64,000 nucleotides of DNA from Octopus sinensis (Eukaryota), in NCBI RefSeq assembly GCF_006345805.1, contig NC_043026.1:992001-1056000 (forward strand), read 5' to 3'. This document shows, in pieces, positions 52,754-63,668 of the stretch. The notes below the pieces were generated by a model. That model did not search any database. It was not told the origin of the DNA and saw nothing but the letters and a program-made list of their open reading frames with translations. Position numbers and translations under genes: made by a program. How positions within the stretch are numbered: position 1 is the stretch's first letter; the number at the start of each line of letters is the position of its first letter.

Positions 52754-52876
52754 GACGTTCAGAATATGGAGGGTATTCTCTTGGTTCCACGTTGCTGAAT
52801 GGTTTCCAGATGATTAATATCCTGGGCAAGATAGGGGTTCCAGACCAGTGATGCAAATTCCAGGTGAGGCCACACC
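52754..52876 (-). pseudogene. CR1-like RT C-terminal fragment
   Basis: VWPHLEFASLVWNPYLAQDINHLETIQQRGTKRIP resembles the CR1 'VRPHLEY...VW.P....DI..LE.VQRRATK' motif. Confidence 0.7.
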
Positions 52877-52897
52877 ATAGCTGTTATGTATATCTTC

Positions 52898-53037
52898 ATT
52901 GATATTTAGCAGAAGTAACAGAGTGACCCAAGGGTTGAGGGTTTCGTGCATTGGCACTTATCGAACCAGTTTGATAAGTGCCAATGCACGAAACTCTCAG
53001 TCTTTGAGTCACTCTGTTACTTCTGCTAAATATTAAT
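52898..53037. mobile_element. Palindromic (fold-back) MITE-like repeat, 68-bp arms, 4-nt loop
   Basis: 52902-52965 pairs with 52970-53033 with 6 differences; a partial second copy lies at ~43633-43690. Confidence 0.8.
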
Positions 53038-53130
53038 TAATGTATGTGTGTGTGTATGGTGTGTGTGTGCGTGTGTGAGTGTGTGTATAGATGTGTATAT
53101 ATACAAAGTTACCAAGCAATCCATACATAC

Positions 53131-53533
53131 GCAGGAGTGGCTGTGTGGTAAGTAGCTTGCTAACCAACCACATGGTTCCGGGTTCAGTCCCACTGCGTGG
53201 CACCTTGAGCAAGTGTCTTCTGCTATAGCCCCGGGCTGACCAAAGCCTTGTGAGTGGATTTGATAGACGGAAACTGAAAGAAGCCTGTCGTATATATGTA
53301 TATATATATATAAGTGTGTGTGTATATGTTTGTGTGTCTGTGTTTGTCCCCCTAGCATTGCTTGACAACCGATGCTGGTGTGTTTACGTCCCCGTCACTT
53401 AGCGGTTCGGCAAAATAGACCGATAGAATAAGTACTGGGCTTACAAAGAATAAGTCCCGGGGTCGATTTGCTCGACTAAAGGCGGTGCTCCAGCATGGCC
53501 GCAGTCAAATGACTGAAACAAGTAAAAGAGTAA
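53131..53533 (+). mobile_element. Full-length, low-divergence SINE family A
   Basis: Complete head-to-tail match with 61974-62381 (reverse complement); CpGs largely intact. Confidence 0.9.
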
Positions 53534-53994
53534 TACATACATACATAGATATGTATCTGTATAATTACACAAACAGATGGTCTTCAAGCTAATTAGCCAA
53601 GCTTATGTGTATATGTAGAGATGGAGAGCTAGCTAACCATCTAGAAATGTGTGTGAATACAGACAAATAGCTACCTAGCTATTTATCTATAAATACATAT
53701 ATTTGCATACAGACAACTACCTGCCTAATTAGATGGGTATTTGTAGAGAAATAAAGCTCTCTAGCTCTGTATGTGCGTGTGAAGATAGAAAGATTAACAG
53801 CTATCTAGATGGGCATATAAGAGACACATAGCTCCCTAAATATCCATATATATAAGTGTATAGTTTTATAGCTATCTATATATCCATATCTATATTTAAT
53901 CACAGACTGAAATATGTAGGGTATTATGCTAAATTCTTTAACCCTTTAGCACTTAAACTGGCCATATCCGGCCCAAATGTCCAACCCTTTTTAA

Positions 53995-54717
53995 ATAATA
54001 ATAATAATGAAATTATTGTATACAGTGCTCAGGTGCACCACAACTTGTCAGAAAGTGCGTATAGAGTATATGCAGTAATGTACAAATGTCTGGGAAGTGA
54101 ACAATGTATGAGTCAGATACATGCTTGTGTTTGTAAGGAGGGGAGAAAATCAGGTGTAGTGATGGCGAATCTCAGGAAGCATGGAAGTTTTGAAGGATGC
54201 AGTGCTCCGACAACTAACAACTAATGCCGACAGTCTGTTCCATGCTTCAGCAACTCTTAGCGTGAAAAAAATGTTTCCGAAAGTCATGGGAGCTGTGCTG
54301 TTTTCTGACTTTGTAAACATGTCCACGGGTGTTAGACAGGTAGAGTTTGAAAAGGTGCTCAGAGTTATTGTTAGTAAGATGGTTAATAATTTTATGGGTG
54401 TCTCCATATGCAGTAATGTACAAATGTCTGGGAAGCGAACAGTGTATGAGTCAGGTACATGCTTGCATGTGTATGGAGGAGAGAAAATCAGGTGTAGTGT
54501 TGGCGAATCTCGGGAAACATGGAAGTTTTGAAGGATGCAGTGCGCCAACAACTAACAACTGATGCCGACAGTCTGTTCCATGCTTCAGCAACTCTTAGCG
54601 TGAAAAAAATGTTTTCGAAAGTCATGGGAGCTGTGCTGTTTTCTGACTTTGTAAACATGTCCACGTGTGTTAGACAGGTGGAGTTTGAAAAGGTGCTCAG
54701 AGTTATTGTTTGTAAGA
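53995..54717 (-). mobile_element. CR1-like LINE 3' end with a 338-bp internal tandem duplication
   Basis: NIFFTLRVAEAWNRLSALVVSCRSTASFKTSML; (ATT)n tail at ~53995-54010; repeat offset 338 (54068/54406 and 54181/54519). Confidence 0.85.
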
Positions 54718-55077
54718 CAACAGGTTTTCTTCAATTTTACAATAAGATGAGTTTATATTGAATTAATTTATTTTGTTTATTTTGTTTATCGCATGCTTAA
54801 GACCGTTATTTGAAAGGACCAATGAAAAAAATCCATTTTTAAAGGTGTATCCTTCAACTAGTTTTGATCATATCGTTATTTCTGTTCTATTTTAACAAAA
54901 CTTTCGGATGAATAGGAACTTGAAACTCTGAGTAACAGCTTTTGTTATATTTCTGCTGCTTTTAAATAAAGCATATTACTCTACCTCTAGTATTTGAGTA
55001 GTCTTTTTTCCACCTTGTTTCACATTTATGTGCTTACTCCAGTAGATAGATAGATAAATAGATAGATAGATAGATAA

Positions 55078-55139
<62 letters not shown>

Positions 55140-55140
55140 T

Positions 55141-55178
<38 letters not shown>

Positions 55179-55204
55179 AAGAGAAGTTGCTAGTTGTGTA
55201 TGTA

Positions 55205-55530
55205 TAAATGTCCCCCTTCGATCATGAATGACCACAGGATTGCACATAGAAATTTCCTCCCTGATGCACAAGTCCGGGCATGGTTGTTTATAGAAGACCA
55301 GCAGTCACCCGTGCATACGAATATCCCCTCTCCACACCACAGATGTTACCCACAGGAAAGGCAAAGGCTCATACCACTTGGCACCAGTGACATTGCAACT
55401 CATTTCTACAGTAGGGTGAACTGGAGCAATGTGAAAATAAAGTGTCCTGCTCAAGAAAACAACACACAGCCTAGTCTGCGAATCGAACTCACTGCCTTTT
55501 GATTGTGAGCCTGGCACTCTAACCACAAAG
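55205..55530 (-). mobile_element. SINE family D
   Basis: Homologous to 12955-13280. Confidence 0.75.
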
Positions 55531-56041
55531 CCAGGTGTCTTCACTGTGTATGTATACAATTGGATAGTTCAACAGGTGAATAGCTACCAAGATGTGCATG
55601 TCCACAGGCAGATGACTAGGACTATCTGAGTATCTAATAATCCAAATGTGCTTGTAAATAGATTGTGATCTAGATATGATGATGGAAATGTGTATAGATG
55701 GAGGGAGTTAGCCTGTGTGCAGCGCAAACATTTGATTACTCTAAGTAAATCATCTGCGCAGGTTCTTCAGCAGAAAATTGCACAACCATCTTTTGCAAAC
55801 TCAAGAGACCACCATTAGTATATACAGATAAGTAATATCTAGGTATGTAGACATGTGTGTGTGTATGTGTGTGTGTGTGTATGTATGTATACAAAGAGAC
55901 AACTCACTTTGTATGTACATGTGTATACACACACACACACACATACATATATATATGTATATAGATAGATACATATATAGCTATCTAGGTATGTGGATGC
56001 ATGTGTATGTGTGTGTGTACATATAGTGTATATATATGTGT

Positions 56042-56075
<34 letters not shown>

Positions 56076-56176
56076 GTTAATCCAAACATGAAAACACAAA
56101 GAGAAAACACAACAACGCGAGGACGTGGAACAAGTATAGTATTATTGGACGCTCAGGAAGGAAGGGAAGAAGGAGG

Positions 56177-56211
56177 GTTTTACGTTTCAAGCAGAGCTCT
56201 TCGTCAGGAAC
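56177..56211 (-). ncRNA. Minimal type-I hammerhead motif with intact catalytic core, in repeat family F (56080-56255)
   Basis: gttc-CTGACGA-A-GAGC-tct-GCTT-GAAAC-GTA-aaac. Confidence 0.65.
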
Positions 56212-56552
56212 ATAGGAAAAGGAAAGATCCAGAGAAGGGAAGACGGGGGAAAAAATATATATATATATACATACACACATAGCTGTCTTGGTATGTAGAT
56301 GTGTTTATATATAGCTAGGCAGCTAACTAGGTTTGCAAGTGTGTATGTGTGTGTGTGTGTGTGTGTGTCTACTGACAAGTAGTTATATATGTATGTGTGT
56401 ACACAGATAGACGGATAGCTCCCAAACTACCAAGTTAACTATTAGTAACTAGCAAGTTAACTATATAGCAGGATAATTAAATACATAGATGCACAAACTG
56501 TGAAGTGATGGAGGTTTCGCTGGCAGAAGGAGGGGGGGCACGTGTGTGTTGT

Positions 56553-56585
<33 letters not shown>

Positions 56586-57108
56586 TGAGACTAACACTGA
56601 CATCAGTGACCTTGCAAGAGATTATCAAGATTAGAATTAGAACCACAAACAGGATAGATTACATTCATAAATAAATAGGATCCAAACTGAGAGGAACTGG
56701 GTAAAAACTGGAGGCAGAGCACTAGGGATGGGGGCAAAAAAAGGGCTGAAATCCAAGGCCCCAGGGAAACTTGCTATGTTTTGTGTTGGTAACAATTAAT
56801 CAATAGGGACATCATAAATGATGATGATGGTGATGATAATGATGATGGTGATGGTGATGGTGATGATGATGGTGATGATGATGGTGACGATGATGGTGAT
56901 GATGATGATGATATACATGCATACATGTATACATGTGTGTGTGTGTGTGTGTGTGTGTTTCCCCCCCCCACCATCGCTTGACAACTGATGCTGGTGTGTT
57001 ATTATTATTATTATTATAACTACTATCATTATTATTATTATTATTATTATTATTCAAGTCACTGCCTGGAATCGAACTCAGAATCTTGTCACTCCATAAC
57101 TGCCCACA

Positions 57109-57555
57109 GGCATATGGTGTAGTGGTTAAGAGCGCAGGCTACTAACCCCAAGATTCCGAGTTTGATTCAATGCAGTGACCTGAATAATAATAATAGTAAT
57201 AATACACGAGCAGAAGTAGTGGGGGAGCATCATAGCCATGTGTTGAGAAGGATTCTTTGGGGTTTGAATAATTCACCTCTGGAAACATGGGTGTTTCGTT
57301 CAACGTCCTTAAACAACCCTCATTCAGGGACCTTTTGAGCCGGATGGGTTACTCGATCTGAAGAAAATTCTAACTGGGCCCCACCTGCAAGGTCATGTGC
57401 TGTTTATCTTGATATGAGATCACCATGTCACGCACATATGGTTGTGATGCATGTGCCTGGTGTACCCTTATCAGACGGGTAGTCATGATGGGTATACTGG
57501 GCTTCGTATATTTTACCCCAGTGTCACTTTGATGGCATGCTCTGCTCGCTCACTC

Positions 57556-57587
<32 letters not shown>

Positions 57588-57730
57588 CATCGAAAAAATA
57601 CCTTAAGAATGAGAACCCACGTTCGAAATTTCCCCAAGACACCTGATGAAAGCTGGAGGGTATACCAGCCGAAACATTGTGTTAATAACAAACAAGATGT
57701 GGACAAATATCCGTCAAATGTAAATAATGT
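57109..57730 (+). mobile_element. tRNA-headed SINE carrying a hammerhead motif (57638-57683), interrupted by a LINE 3' end
   Basis: A-box TGGTGTAGTGG and B-box-like gagttttgattc; later gacac-CTGATGA-A-aGCTGG-agggtata-CCAGCc-GAAAC-aTT-gtgtt. Confidence 0.7.
57205..57555 (+). mobile_element. LINE 3' end (probably RLE/Dong-like) inserted in the SINE's (AAT)n tract
   Basis: (AAT)n on both sides; SHVLRRILWGL resembles the RLE terminal 'HILRKVL' motif, followed by a 3' UTR ending ...ctcactc(AAT)n. Confidence 0.55.
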
Positions 57731-58015
57731 GGGTTATTTTATATTTGTATGAGTTTTTATCTGTTATTTCTTGGTCTTCTGAGATCCTCATCAGAAATTT
57801 TTAAAAATCATGTACTTTACTTACAGAGAAACTGAAAGCTTGTAACAGTTTATAGTATATAGAAACTAAGACTCCATTAAATTGATAAACCCAATTTGCA
57901 TAACAGAGCATGCACTGAGAACGTGGGTTAATTCATTTATAATGTATAATAACATAGCATTATCAAAGAATTTGAAAGGTAATCTTGTTTATCTTTTATC
58001 TTTTACACATTTGTC

Positions 58016-58534
58016 TTTCCATTGATGTTGATTGATTTCGATTTTGATTTTCACTTGCCTCAAAAGGTCTTCACAAGTAGGGTTTGTGTCACAAGAAGGA
58101 AAGGTATGTATAAGTGGACTTGCTACATCCCAGGTAGAGGCCATGGGTTATGGAACATCAATGGAAATTGTAGCTGTGATACCAGTACCAGTGGCACGTA
58201 AGAGAACCATTCGAACATGGCCGTTGCCAGCGCCACCCCGACTGGCTTCTGTGCCAGTGGCACGTAAAAAGCACCATCCGATTGTGGCCGTTGCCAGCCT
58301 CGCCTGGCCCCCATGCCGGTGGCACATAAAAAGCACCATCTGATCATGGCCGTTTGCCAGCCTCGTCTGGCACATAAAAAGCACCCACTACACTCATGGA
58401 GTGGTCAGCGTTAGGAAGGACATCCAGCTGTAGAAACATTGCCAGATCAGACTGGGCCTGGTGCAGCCTTCTGGCTTCCCAGACCCCAGTTGAACCATCC
58501 AATCCATGCCAGCATGGAAAGCGGACGCTAAACA

Positions 58535-58569
<35 letters not shown>
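58016..58569 (+). mobile_element. RTE 3' region with a 5' inversion
   Basis: 58154-58569 is the sense 3' UTR with a (GAT)n tail; 58016-58153 is the next-upstream segment in antisense (homologous to ~21500-21610 in the same written orientation). Confidence 0.8.
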
Positions 58570-58865
58570 AAGTATATATACACATATAATCGTTAAAAAG
58601 GACGACAAACGTTAACGTAAGCATCTCAAATCATATACATTATTATTATTGGAAAAAAAGAATTCAAAGTCTTACAGTTGTTTCTTGGATATCCCAGAGT
58701 ATGGGATATTCTGTCATTGGAGACAAATAGGGAAAATGAGAAGGGTATAGATTAATGAAATGATGATATAGAGGACAGGAGTAAAGGAATAAGGAGATGA
58801 AGAAAGAGAAGAGCACGTGTTTTGGGCAAGAAAGCCTGGTGGAGCCCATCCTTCTCCAGGCTAAA

Positions 58866-59012
58866 CTCATTTCTAGAACTGAGTGATGGACAGGAGCAAC
58901 ATGAAGTGAAGTATTTTACTCAAGAACAAAACACATCACCCAGTCCAGGAATTGAAACCACAGCCTTACGGTCATAAATCCAACACCCTAACCACAAAGC
59001 AATGTGCCTCCA
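58866..59012 (-). mobile_element. SINE family D head half
   Basis: ggagcaacatgaagtgaagtattttactcaagaacaaaacac...ggaattgaaacc...ctaaccac. Confidence 0.65.
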
Positions 59013-59696
59013 CGAGTGGTACTCATTTCTACAGCTGAGTGGAGTGGAGCAGCATGAAGTGTGGACTAGGGATACCTTGGCTGTTGATGTGCAAACATGT
59101 GCTGAGGTTGAGGTATCTTTGGCTCCTCCTGGATGGTGAATAGGTGTGGTCTCCACTGACGAAACGGATGTTTCCCAGGTTCACTAGTTTTGGTGGACAA
59201 GAAAACTGGTTCCATCGAAGGGATTGAAACCACAATCTTAAAATTGCGAGTCTAACCCCCTAACCACTAAACCAAGTGCCTCCACAAAGTCCCCTGACAA
59301 TCTGCAATTTGAGAGAGAAATGACTGTTATTTCCAACAGGTCCATTTACTATGTAGTTGTTCCCTCATTAGGATCTTAGATATCAGCCCCGTTTCCCTTA
59401 TTTTAAACAATGATGTAACTACAGAATGTTTATAGTACAAAGTGGTATTTAACTTTATTTAGAAAATGATGGGGTGGAAACATATTGAGTAAGTATACTG
59501 GATAGGCTTTTTTGTTTTTACCCAAGGCTATCAGATTAAGCCAGTGACTCACAAGGATTAGCTAATTAATGAAGGAGATTAAGAGATTAATCTCTTTGCT
59601 TATAACGTGTTAAACTGTGCAGTGAAGTAAGTTATACCCCATTCCATCGAAATACAAAGCAGTACCGGTATTTATTATCATTCAATATAGTAACCG

Positions 59697-59842
59697 TTAG
59701 AAGGTGGTGAGCTGGCAGAAACGTTAGCACACCAGGCGAAATACTTGGCATTCTGAGTTCAAATTTCGCCAAGGTCGGCTTTGATTTTCTTCCTTTCGGG
59801 GTTGATAAATTAAGTACCAGTTGCATACTGGGATCGATCTAG
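59697..59842 (+). mobile_element. SINE family B
   Basis: ggtggtgagctggcagaaacgttagc...gagttcaaatttcgccaaggtcggctttg...gataaattaagtaccag. Confidence 0.75.
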
Positions 59843-60119
59843 AGTAAGAAAGAATAGAGTAACTGTTAGGAAACAAACACCATTTCAAGACTTATGAAAT
59901 AATCTAGGTCATTGTTGTTCCTGTTGTTACTGCTGTGGTTTTGTTTCGATTATCGTCATCATCGTCATCGTTATCATTATCAGCAGCAGCAGCAGCAACA
60001 GCAGTGGAGGTGCAATGGCCCAAAGAATAGGTCCCGGGGATCGATTTGTTTGACTAAAGACAGTGCTCCAGCATGGCCACACTCAAATGACTGAAATGAG
60101 TAAAAGAATAAAAGGAAAC

Positions 60120-60558
60120 ATATATCATTTGTACGATGTGGAGAATATACTGCCAACTTTGCCCAAACGACCTGAACATTATCTTCAAGGTTCATCCAAG
60201 ACTGGGACCACGGGCCATACGTCCCCTGCCCAATTCAAGATCACAGCATACATGTACACTGCAATATAATTTCTTTTCCTCAACAGGCCCTGCCCTATTT
60301 AACATTGTCCCGAAAGAGATCAAAGAGGAAAAGGATCCCATTAACTTTAAACGGAATCTGGATAGATTCCTTCAAGGAATACCAGATAAGCCACCCATAA
60401 TTGGATACAACTCACCCAACAAAAACTCACTACTTGAATGGACCATAAACAAAACTTGACTTAAACAGGATTCGAATAATCCTATCAGGTGGTGCTATTA
60501 AGTTAGACATGGCCTGGACCAATCTTTGGTTGAAACATATCTAAGTTTATCTAAGTTT
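60120..60558 (+). pseudogene. CR1/L2-group LINE 3' end
   Basis: NFFSSTGPALFNIVPKEIKEEKDPINFKRNLDRFLQGIPDKPPIIGYNSPNKNSLLEW*, then a short UTR ending in repeated TCTAAGTTT. Confidence 0.75.
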
Positions 60559-60742
60559 TTTTTTATACATATATATATAAGTAAACAAGTTGATAAAGGA
60601 GCAAGTAATTATCTTATGATCTTTAGCTTACAACAGTTTCTGCTATAAGATACAGTGAACTCACAGTTGAGTTCCTGAGTAACACCTTATTGCCTCATCA
60701 GAGTTTCAAATATGAAGTGCAATTTATCATATATTTATCATA

Positions 60743-61025
60743 TCAGGCTATCAGATGCTGCTACATATCGCTGGTCACAATGTGCTTCGCATTGTTTTAG
60801 CCTTCAAATGACGCCACCCCGCTGGCTAAGCGAGCAGGCCAACAGAAGCAGGAGTGAAAGTTGTGGCGAAAGAGTACAGCAGGGATCACCACCACACCCT
60901 GCCGGAGCCTCATGAAGCTTTAGGTGCTTTCACTCAATAAACACTCACAACGCCCGGTCTGGGAATCGAAACCGTGATCCTCCGACCGCGGTCTGCTGCC
61001 CTAACCACTGGGCCATTGCGCCTCC
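60743..61025 (-). mobile_element. SINE family C
   Basis: Reverse complement of 51696-51993. Confidence 0.85.
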
Positions 61026-61038
61026 ATTTTCTTTATAG

Positions 61039-61097
<59 letters not shown>

Positions 61098-61339
61098 ATG
61101 TATGTATATATATATATATACATACCACACACACAAACACACACATATATATGTATAAAATGTTAGGGAATAATAAGTATTCCAGGTTATCAAGGCATTT
61201 ACTATTTTACACTTTACTAATGCAATGTAAACATGTCTGGGAAAACATGGATACATGGCAACCCTCAGAGCCATCTCAGAAGTATTCTTGGGCCCCAGAT
61301 AAATTAAAGCGCTGTGTTTTAGAGCAAGCCAAGGTGTTT

Positions 61340-61780
61340 ATCTATTAACAGCAAGTCATGAATCTTGGGTAATGATTGAAAGAATATGATTGTGGATACA
61401 AGCAGTAGAAATGGGATTCTTCAAAGGCTTTTGGAGTAATGACACTTGATAGAGAATGTAGCTTGGAGATCAAAGAGGTACTCTAGTAGAGCCATGCCTC
61501 TGAATTGAGAGATCATAGCTCTGATACTATGGACATGGTAAGAATCACTGAAAAGCCTAGGGAAAGAATCACTGGGCAGGTTTTATGGGTTAAAACCGAC
61601 TGGTTGGGGACCCACAGGGTTAGGGTTATGACTATGAGCAAAATGGTTGGATAACATTCATGAATTTGGTTGGTCCTTACTTGGGAATCCAGCCAGATCA
61701 ATGAGAAACTTACTTTTGGGAGGACATGATGGAAGTTGTACTTGAGGACTTAACCTCTGACCCTTCCAAGAATTAGTGGG
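61340..61780 (+). pseudogene. Ancient RTE ORF C-terminal relic
   Basis: HESWVMIERI*LWIQAVEMGFFK...IERS*L*YYGH..R...WLDNIH..GWSLLGIQP across frameshifts. Confidence 0.65.
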
Positions 61781-61973
61781 TGAAGAAGATGAAATGAGAT
61801 GAGATGAGGCAGCAAGCCACAGTACATGTAGATCAGAATTGGGTCTCTAGACTCATGAAGTCACTCTTTTTCCCTCTGCAGCTGTCTTTCTCCTCACTCC
61901 TTTCTGTAGAAAAGCATTGGCTTGAAACATCAAAAAATCTTCCATTTTCCCTCAGTGTGAAACTCTCTCTCTC

Positions 61974-62381
61974 TTTTTACTCTTTTACTTGTTTCAGTCA
62001 TTTACTGTGGCCATGCTGGAGCACCGACTTTAATCGAGCAACTCGACCCCGGGACTTATTCTTTTGTAAGCCCAGTACTTATTCTATCGGCCTCTTTTGC
62101 CGAACCGCTAAGTAACGGGGACATAAACACACCAGCATCAGTTGTCAAGCAATGCTAGGGGGACAAACACAGACACACAAACACACACGCACATACATAT
62201 ATATATATACATATATACGACGGGCTTCTTTCAGTTTCCGTCTACCAAATCCACTCACAAGGCTTTGGTCGGCCCGAGGCTTATAGTAGAAGACACTCGC
62301 CCAAGGTGCCACGCAGTGGGACTGAACCCGGAACCATGTGGTTGGTAAACAAGCTACTTACCACACAGCCACTCCTGCGCC
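61974..62381 (-). mobile_element. Full-length SINE family A
   Basis: Reverse complement of 53131-53533. Confidence 0.9.
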
Positions 62382-62769
62382 TATATACGTGTTTGTTGTT
62401 CCTTCACATGCCCCTGTCTTCTGCTTTTCGTTTTTTGTATAATTTTGAACTACACACACACACACATGCACACGCACACGCACACACATACACACACATG
62501 CACACGCACACGCACACACATACACACACATGCACATGCTACTCAGTGTTTCCATGTCTTAAAATTGCACTGACAACCCTAAAACAAATCTTATCAATCC
62601 GGACGGGTACTACACTTTCCTTGGGCGTGATCCACCATGTTCTCCATCCCTGTTTATGACTGGTACTTTATTTGATTGAGTCCCAGAAAAAATTAGGGTT
62701 AGGGTCTATGAGGTCAGCAGTGGATAAGATGTGTGGGTCAGGTCATGGGATATCAAAATATTTGGTATT

Positions 62770-63250
62770 GTGGCAGGGAGAGAGAAGAATAAGAGAGAGA
62801 GAGAAGTGGAGGAGAGAAGAATAAGAGAGAGAGAGAGAGAAGTGGAGGAGAGAAAGAGAGGGAGAGTCAGAGAGAGAGAGAGAGGGAGAAGACAAGAAAA
62901 GAGGGAGTGAGAGAGATGTGAGGGAAATAGAGTGAGAGAGAGACAGAACTGGAAGTGAGAGAGAAGGAGAAAAAGAGAGAGAGAAAGAGAGAGTGGTATA
63001 GAGGATGGGAGTGAGAGAGAATGCGAGGGAGAGAGGGAGAGAGAACAGGAAGAGAGAGAGAGAGAGAGAGTAAGAGAGGTAAACAGACTGACAGGAATAG
63101 AGAGAGATGGACCAAATGAGAAATATAGTAGGAAGGAGAAACGCATGTGGCCAGAGGGAATAGAGAGAGGGACAATGATAGAGGAAGGAAGACATAGGGA
63201 ATGTGAATGAGAGATAGAGATAAAGAGAGGGATGGGGGTGGGGCGAGAAG
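62770..63250. repeat. GA-rich polypurine tract
   Basis: Direct reading of the sequence. Confidence 0.85.
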
Positions 63251-63582
63251 GGGGGGAAGAAGGGGTTCTTTGCCCAAGTCACCTGACCTGCCAACGTTAC
63301 AGTTTCAACTAGGTTTTAAAAAAAAATTGCTTTATTATTATTATTATTCTTTTTTGGATGTTGAGCAATTTCAGGGTGTGTCTGAGTGGCTTAATGGTGA
63401 AATCATGTAAAGGTGGTGGTGGTGTGGTGGTGGTGGTGGTGGCGGCAGCGGTGGGGACAGTGGTATAGTGGTGATGATAGTGATAGTGGTGGTGGTGGTG
63501 GTAGCAGATGGTTGTGGTCATGGGGATATAGTGAGATTCGTAAATTTAAAGGATTATTTTAAAGACATTAAAAAAAAGAATC

Positions 63583-63621
<39 letters not shown>

Positions 63622-63637
63622 ATGTAAACATATCTAT

Positions 63638-63664
<27 letters not shown>

Positions 63665-63668
<4 letters not shown>

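Noticed and set aside
52898-53037. Arm differences as a genomic imprint of A-to-I editing
   Set aside because: The partial copy at ~43633-43690 has G at two of the positions in question, so those are C-to-T changes in the other arm, i.e. ordinary transition decay.
60640-60715. Minus-strand CTGATGA with a long stem II and GAAAC
   Set aside because: Stem I could not be formed and no second copy is present in the window to test a consensus.
62693-62704. Interstitial telomere (TTAGGG)2; similar at 61616-61628
   Set aside because: Only two units; expected by chance, and the second lies within an RTE relic.
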